From NCBI GenBank assembly GCA_000091205.1, contig AP006494.2: a DNA stretch of 64,000 nucleotides; one strand, given 5' to 3'. The DNA comes from Cyanidioschyzon merolae (lineage: Eukaryota). Of the stretch, positions 58,283 through 64,000 are shown in pieces. Numbering within the stretch: position 1 is the stretch's first letter; the number at the start of each line of letters is the position of its first letter. Below the pieces are notes generated by a model. That model had not been told where the DNA came from, did no database searches, and saw only the letters and a list, made by a program, of their open reading frames with translations. The position numbers and the translations under genes are program-made.

Positions 58283-59465
58283 TTACAAAGAGGCACAACC
58301 TGTCCGGTTTTAGCCAGGGTCTAGACCCCCCCAGCGCGAGTTCCTATTGTGCTCGAAGTGCGCTCCACAGCAGATATGCCACAAGCAGGTACGCTTTCTG
58401 AATACGGTCGCTGCGATGCCCTGCCGCGCGCTGCCCGCATGGATCACCTTTAGGAAACATCCGGATTCGCAGGTAGAGGCCTTGGGAAGCGTACCAGAAT
58501 ATGTAGCTTACTTTCCGATCTCGCTTTCATTTCATTTTGAATGTAGAATTGCAAGTACAGATTGCGGCCTTGATCTTTCCTAGTCTGCTGACATGACGTG
58601 GCCAAGGACGCATTAGAGAGAAGCTGGCAGAGGAAAATACAGAAAAGGCCTGGCGATCCAGGCTCGTGCAATATACTGATCTCTTGGTCGCACCGTACCG
58701 ACTCCACGAGCGCCGTACTCATCGAAGAAAGCGCTGCAGTCCCCAATGGGTACATTTCGGGTTGGTACAGGCCAGATGTTTCAGTGCTTCCGCAATCTTT
58801 CCACCCGCTGCATGCAATTGATATGGCAGAGACGCAGCTTCCGCTTCGATGTCGTGCGATTCCAGCATCCCGGAATAGACCTATACGAATGCAACGTTTA
58901 CGCATCAGACAAGGTTCCGTCAATGTATATTGAATACTTGCAACGACCAGAAATGCGTTCAACCTGCCATTGCACTGAGAAAGATCTGTGGAAACACAGC
59001 ATCCCCATTTTTTGACTGGATGCGGCAGCGGTCGTGCCTACAAGTTGGCGGCAGAAATCTCCTGAAACGTCTCCATGTAGCCAATGATGCGCCCATGGCT
59101 GGTTCTCCACGAACATCCGCAGTTCCCTGCACTCTGCTCATCATAGACTGCCATTCGGCCGAGTGACCCTTACAGAACCCATCTCGAAGCACCGCAGCTG
59201 CTCATGTAAAATAGGGAGTCTCATAGGCTGCCCGCTGTTTTACTGCATTTCCAAGACGACTCCCTAAACTGTGTAGCTCGTCGCCGTATCACTCCTGGTG
59301 CAGCATTGTCGCCAACGCGTGCACATTTTCTGGCACGAACTGCGTTGGCGTCGCTCCAGCGCTTACTGGAGATTCCGTTGCACCCATGTCCGACTAGAAA
59401 GAGACCGTTCCGAGCAGTATTCTCTGATGTAGACTCTAGACTTCAATTTTCTACTCACTGCCATG

Positions 59466-60086
59466 AACACCAGCATCTGGAAACTATGTCCGCGACTGCT
59501 TCCTGTTCCTGTATTGCGCATCACCGGCTTTGACGACGCCGGTCGCGCCAGTCCGCCCGCCTCTATTCTCAACAGTCGAAGGATGCTGAAAACAGCGTCC
59601 GCGCTCCGATTTCGCCGTTCACCGCTGCTTCCGGCACATCGCATACACACACAAATACGGAGATCTACGCTAGCCGTGTCATTTCCAGCTTGGTTGCATA
59701 CAGCCTCGGTACGCGCTTCACAGCGCCGACACCGCGCTGTGGTTCCCTGCACTCATTCGTTCTCTGCACGTCGACCTGCGTCGAAGACCACCCTGTGGCG
59801 CGTGAACGCTCGCTTCGTCGCTCGGCACACGCCGTTCACGAGTGTAGAATGCTCAGCTCGATACACACCTCGATATCAGCGCCCAGAGCTGCACACACTA
59901 CAAGTACAGGCCTCCTCTGGGCGATCTGCTACGTGCGTACTCTATCCGCTACAGGTGCAAGCGCACGGTGTTCGATTCGATAGACAATTCGTGTACTGCG
60001 ATATTGTCCATGATCAAAGAGGTGATCGGAAATCCAGTCCAGACTGGAGAACAAGTCGACACGTCTTGATCGGTCTATAGTCCTTT
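59466..60086. repeat. About 630-bp dispersed repeat, copy 2
   Basis: See the evidence for 47483..48112. Confidence 0.85.
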
Positions 60087-60466
60087 TCTCCCCTACCTCG
60101 CCTCTGACTCTTCTTCTTCTTCATTTGCTCCTCTTCGCTCGATGCTCGACGAGAGGAGGAATCTCTCGTCTTATTCCTGCCGCCGGCGATGGAGGCCCTC
60201 CAGGATGCTTGAGTTTTAGATCCATGCCTTTCACTTGGGTTTTCCATTTCTTCAAACGAACGCACTTCGAATGCATCTGCAATGAACCGCGAAAAGCCTG
60301 TCACACCGGTGTCGGGTACGCGCGAGATTCACCGCATCGCTAACCGAATCCGGCAAGCGAGCGCATCTTCATTTCGAGCACCGCTGAGGCCAGGCCTTGT
60401 AGAGCTCGAGTTCTGGGGCTGCGAACGCGTCGCTGGTGGGAAAGTCGCCACCAAGCAGGGCTGGTT

Positions 60467-62677
60467 GTGGCTATGACCTTCTGTAGACATTACGTCTACT
60501 TTATAGCGCCGTTTCATACGCGGCGTGAAACGCGTGCGTTCCTCAGGCCGCACCTCGTGAAAAAAGCGAGCCAGCAGCTGTGTCCGCAGCAGCAGCTACC
60601 GCAAAGTACCTACAAAAGCCGTGCGTTTCAGGCGTCGGGGACAACGCCCGGCCCACAGGTCCCGAGTTTACCGGAAAAAGGTGAAACTGGGGCAAGTTCG
60701 GATCGCTGGCAGCGACTGCGGCCGCAAATACTTGCGCTGCCTCGTTCGTGCGGTGTCTACTTTTTTCGGGACCGCAAAGGTCGTCTCCTGTACGTTGGCA
60801 AGTCGCTATGCATTCAGGAGCGTGTGGCCTCATATTTCCGAACCTCTTCCGTCGAACAACGAGGTAGACAAGTAATCGCTGCTCTAGACAGCGTTGATCG
60901 AGTGGAATACTTCGTGACTGGGAACGAAGTGGAGGCGCTCGCCGTCGAGTCCAACTTCATCCGTGAGCACCAGCCCCCCTACAATACACTACGCAAAGAT
61001 GACAAACGTTTTCCTTTTGTGCGCGTCACTTGGAGCGAAATGTATCCGCGCTTGGTGGTGACTCGCCAGAGGCCCCGCGTCAATCAGAACACTCGCGGTC
61101 GAGATCGCGTATATGGGCCTTTCGTCGATTCAAAGCTCCTCAACCATGTGCTTCGCTTTATTCAGCGCACTTTTCCGATGCGACAGCGGGCGCAGCCTCT
61201 TTTTCGGGATCGACCTTGTCTGAATTATGACATTGGTGTATGTCCGGGAGTCTGCCAGAAACAGGTAGACACAACGACATATCGAGAGGCTGTTCGCAGG
61301 GCCGAGCTCTGTTTGCAAGGCCGCGTAACACAGGTCTTGAGCGAATTACAAGCAGATATGCAGCACGCAGTTAAGAAAGAGGATTACGAACGCGCTGCAA
61401 GTCTACGCGACGCGATGCGGGCGCTGCAGCGGATAGCCGTCGAGTCAACGGTCGGCGTCGTTTCGAACCTGACACAACGGGTTCTGCTCATGAATGCCGA
61501 TTTTTCTGCCGATGTCGCCGCAGCGGCCATCACGCAAGATGGAAAGATTGTATCGATTGAACTTATCCAAATGCGGGATGGTATGGTGATGAATCGATTA
61601 CACTTCAGCCTTCGCGTTTCACCTCTGGTACGGGACACCGAAATGACCCACGCGCAGGGTTCGCGGGAGCAGTTGGATCACATCGCAGCTGCCGTATTAC
61701 AGCAAACGCTGATTGAGCATTATGCAAACCTTACGGATGCTAATGAGAATCCGGATGGGATTCTGGTTTATCCTGCTTTACAGGATCATTCGATCTTGGA
61801 AAAGTTATTTCAGGAGCGGTGGCGCTCCCGTCGAGTGCGTGTCGAAACACCTCGAACAGGATTACGGGCAGAGCTCGTACAACTGGCGAAAGAGAACGCG
61901 GAGGCGCATCTAAAGGATGCCTACAACCAGATCACGAACGCGGTGGGTCCGCTCGAAGATCTGGCCATGCGCCTTGGCCTTGCGCAACGTCCATTTCGAA
62001 TCGAATGCTTCGATATCAGTCATCTCAGTGGGACGTGCGTAGTCGCTTCGCAGTCCGTCTTTTTAGATGGTGTACCTGCACCGCATGCCTATCGTCGCTA
62101 TCGCCTGAATCAAAACGATTCTGACCCTGCGAAGGGCGCGAACGATCTCCTGAATATGCAACAGGTTCTGCGACGTCGTTTTCGACGTGCCGCAGAATCG
62201 GCGCCTGTCGACTTGCCGGATCTCGTGCTGATCGATGGTGGCATTGAGCAACTGAAAGCCGCATGCAGCGCCCTCGAAGCATGCGGACTCAGTCCACGGA
62301 CAGGAGCGCCTAATCTCATCGCCCTGGCGAAGCGAGATGAAGAGGTCTTCACCCTGCATTCAACGAGCCCTCTACAGCATTTTCGGGATGGATCCGTGGA
62401 CTCGATGGCGTTGCGCCTGCTTCGCCATATTCGTGACGAGGCGCACAACTTTGCCCTGCAATACCACCGCCAACTGCGAAACAGGGGCACTATGGCTTCC
62501 GTCCTGGAACGCATTCCTGGTTTAGGACCTGTGCGTATTCAAATCTTACTGAATCATTTTGGTTCGTTCGAGGGAATTTTCGGAGCTGGTTACCAGCAAT
62601 TGGCAGCGATTCCTCGGATCGGAGAGAAGTTGGCTCAGCGCATTCATGAGTATCTGCATGAAACGACTGGAAACTAG
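60467..62677 (+). CDS. uvrC: Full-length bacterial-type excinuclease ABC subunit C (UvrC), with a transit-peptide-like N-terminal extension of about 95 aa
   Basis: A GIY-YIG domain (LPRSCGVYFFRDRKGRLLYVGKSLCIQERVASYF, VEYFVTGNEVEALAVESNFIREHQPPYNTLRKDDKRFPFV) is present. It is followed by a UVR motif (EDYERAASLRDAMRALQRI). Then comes the RNase H-like endonuclease region (IECFDISHLSGTCVVASQSVF...PDLVLIDGGIEQL...LAKRDEEVF...IRDEAHNFALQYHRQLR). The protein ends with a C-terminal (HhH)2 (RIPGLGPVRIQILLNHFGSFEGIFGAGYQQLAAIPRIGEKLAQRI). The ORF is uninterrupted and its GC content matches neighbouring genes. Confidence 0.85.
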   Translation: MAMTFCRHYVYFIAPFHTRRETRAFLRPHLVKKASQQLCPQQQLPQSTYKSRAFQASGTTPGPQVPSLPEKGETGASSDRWQRLRPQILALPRSCGVYFFRDRKGRLLYVGKSLCIQERVASYFRTSSVEQRGRQVIAALDSVDRVEYFVTGNEVEALAVESNFIREHQPPYNTLRKDDKRFPFVRVTWSEMYPRLVVTRQRPRVNQNTRGRDRVYGPFVDSKLLNHVLRFIQRTFPMRQRAQPLFRDRPCLNYDIGVCPGVCQKQVDTTTYREAVRRAELCLQGRVTQVLSELQADMQHAVKKEDYERAASLRDAMRALQRIAVESTVGVVSNLTQRVLLMNADFSADVAAAAITQDGKIVSIELIQMRDGMVMNRLHFSLRVSPLVRDTEMTHAQGSREQLDHIAAAVLQQTLIEHYANLTDANENPDGILVYPALQDHSILEKLFQERWRSRRVRVETPRTGLRAELVQLAKENAEAHLKDAYNQITNAVGPLEDLAMRLGLAQRPFRIECFDISHLSGTCVVASQSVFLDGVPAPHAYRRYRLNQNDSDPAKGANDLLNMQQVLRRRFRRAAESAPVDLPDLVLIDGGIEQLKAACSALEACGLSPRTGAPNLIALAKRDEEVFTLHSTSPLQHFRDGSVDSMALRLLRHIRDEAHNFALQYHRQLRNRGTMASVLERIPGLGPVRIQILLNHFGSFEGIFGAGYQQLAAIPRIGEKLAQRIHEYLHETTGN

Positions 62678-62809
62678 GAACGCATGCTGCGTGAATTCGA
62701 GCTCAAGTGTCTTAAATACTTTCTTCAGATATTTGAAGAAATGCATCGCCACGAACATTGTGTTCGCCAATCGATCTGCCACCAGCGATTTCCGAATCCC
62801 TGACCGATC

Positions 62810-64000
62810 CACGGCACCGCGGAGCGCTGGCACGTCCACTCGACGACAGCCACTTCGGACGGTGCGCCCTGACTCGGCCTCCACAGAGAGGCACCCCGGT
62901 GCTGCCGCATCGCCCTGCATCCACAACGGCGGCATGCAGATCGCCCCAGCCAGCGTCGCTGTGTGTGGATCGTCGCGCATGCTCGGATCGCGCGATCCGC
63001 TCGCCTTCAATGCGACAGGTGCTCCAACGCTTTGCCACGTGTCCGTTGCTGAATGCGTGCAGTCGCTATCGCCGTCACGCACGCACGCATGCACGCATGC
63101 GGACGTATGGCGGTATTGAGGCGTGTGCATTGGCGGGCGCTCTTTCTGGCACTGCAGCCGGGTCCAGCGACAGGCACGTGGCTCAGGGAGCAAGTAGTAA
63201 CGCCTCACCAGCATCGAGCTTGCGACGTGCAGGAGTGTACGCGGTGCATCGATGGAGACACGCCTACGGACACGTGTGCGACATTGGACTCTGGCAGTGG
63301 GCTGGCCTAGTCAGAATGCACTGACGGAGAGATGCAAATGCACACCTATAAAGCATGGATTTCGGCGAGCAACCAGGAGCATTTACAGTACACCACCCGA
63401 AAGATCCATGCAAGCAAACATTTCGCAGATACTCTGGGCGGCAACCAGGAAAACTGGACGTACACACATCCAGATCATACACACAGACCTGCGTCCCGCC
63501 CAAGGCCCTAGCTCGAGACCTCCGCCGAGTCGCCACCGCTGAGCCAGCGCGTGTGCCACCGCCGCCCCGGATCGTCCAGACGCTCGTAGCCGTGCGAGCC
63601 GAAGCAATCCCGCTGGGCCTGAACCAGCTGGCTTGAGCGCAGCACCGCCTGTCGATACGTGTCGTAGTACGAAAGGCTCGCGGTCAGCGCCGGCGCCGGC
63701 ACACCCAGCGATGCCGCCAGCCCGACAACACGCCTCCAGCTCTCGTGGCGACGTCCAATCTCCGCAGCCAGGTCAGCGTCCAGCAGCAGATTCGGCAGGC
63801 TGGGGTCTCGTCGAAAAGCGCCCTCGATCCGCTCAAGCAGCTGTGCCCGAATAATGCAGCCGCCCTTCCAGATGCGCGCAAGCTCCCCGAGATCCAGCGA
63901 CCAGCCCTGCTCGCCGCTCGCTCGCTGCAGCAGACTGAGACCCTGCGCGTAGCTACAGAGCTTGCTGCAGAAGAGTGCGTCCTCAATAGCAGCGATCAAC
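62810..64000. repeat. Segmental duplication copy B, truncated by the window end. It is paralogous to 16993..18183.
   Basis: See the evidence for copy A. Confidence 0.85.
63508..64000 (-). CDS. Second copy of 6-phosphogluconate dehydrogenase. Only the 3' (C-terminal) portion is visible; the gene continues beyond the window end.
   Basis: The translation ...ALFCSKLCSYAQGLSLLQRASGEQGWSLDLGELARIWKGGCIIRAQLLERIEGAFRRDPSLPNLLLD...DCFGSHGYERLDDPGRRWHTRW differs from the 17691..18184 copy at only 3 residues. Confidence 0.75.
   Translation of the reverse strand, partial: LIAAIEDALFCSKLCSYAQGLSLLQRASGEQGWSLDLGELARIWKGGCIIRAQLLERIEGAFRRDPSLPNLLLDADLAAEIGRRHESWRRVVGLAASLGVPAPALTASLSYYDTYRQAVLRSSQLVQAQRDCFGSHGYERLDDPGRRWHTRWLSGGDSAEVSS

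Noticed and set aside
47483-60086. The two 630-bp direct repeats read as the two LTRs of a single 12.6-kb LTR retrotransposon
   Set aside because: The interior consists of conserved host genes (CarB, ABC1 kinase) on the opposite strand. There is no gag/pol-like ORF, and the ends lack TG...CA termini and target-site duplications.
1-64000. CRISPR arrays, prophage or bacterial operon structure
   Set aside because: There are no short direct repeats with unique spacers. The gene content is eukaryotic (NEDD8, FCF1, MINDY, PPR, a spliceosomal intron), and the bacterial-type UvrC is isolated rather than in an operon.

Overview
This 64-kb window looks like nuclear DNA from a GC-rich eukaryote with very few introns and many genes for organelle-targeted proteins. 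The plastid-type BASS transporter, CSP41, PPR protein, ABC1 kinase, HemD and CarB, several carrying transit-peptide-like N-termini, suggest an alga or another plastid-bearing lineage. I cannot name the organism.

Layout: GC-rich, mostly single-exon gene islands are separated by AT-richer, ORF-poor spacers full of decayed mobile-element remnants. The spacers lie at about 4.1-8.6 kb, 13.4-15.1 kb, 19.7-22.6 kb, 23.6-27.4 kb, 35.4-39.4 kb, 44.1-45.6 kb and 52.9-55.8 kb.

Genes I can support:
- mitochondrial ATP synthase gamma
- type-A DnaJ
- BASS transporter
- a COG3/Sec34-like tethering subunit (uncertain)
- an NAD(P)-binding Rossmann protein
- 6-phosphogluconate dehydrogenase, carrying a 1-bp frameshift and sitting in a segmental duplication whose second copy runs off the window end
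- a solitary 5S rRNA gene with a T4 terminator
- uroporphyrinogen-III synthase (HemD)
- NEDD8
- a PPR protein
- FCF1/UTP24
- CSP41
- animal-type glutamate dehydrogenase, with one short intron (GTAAGT...CTAAC...AG)
- ribonucleotide reductase R2
- a MINDY deubiquitinase
- carbamoyl-phosphate synthase large chain
- an ABC1/ADCK kinase
- a full-length bacterial-type UvrC

The most interesting non-genic finding is a decayed Fanzor/TnpB-like (OMEGA-family) nuclease element at 4.7-6.7 kb. It keeps RuvC-I-like and RuvC-III-like motifs, and its 3' end, including about 80 bp past the stop codon, recurs in two 5'-truncated paralogous fragments at about 16.4-16.9 kb and 53.2-53.75 kb.

Other repeats:
- a 630-bp dispersed repeat in two direct copies
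- a 2 x 137-bp tandem repeat
- a Tc1/IS630-like transposase remnant
- an unclassified protein-coding repeat family with two members
- several microsatellites

All calls rest on by-eye motif recognition and alignment. No database searches were run.
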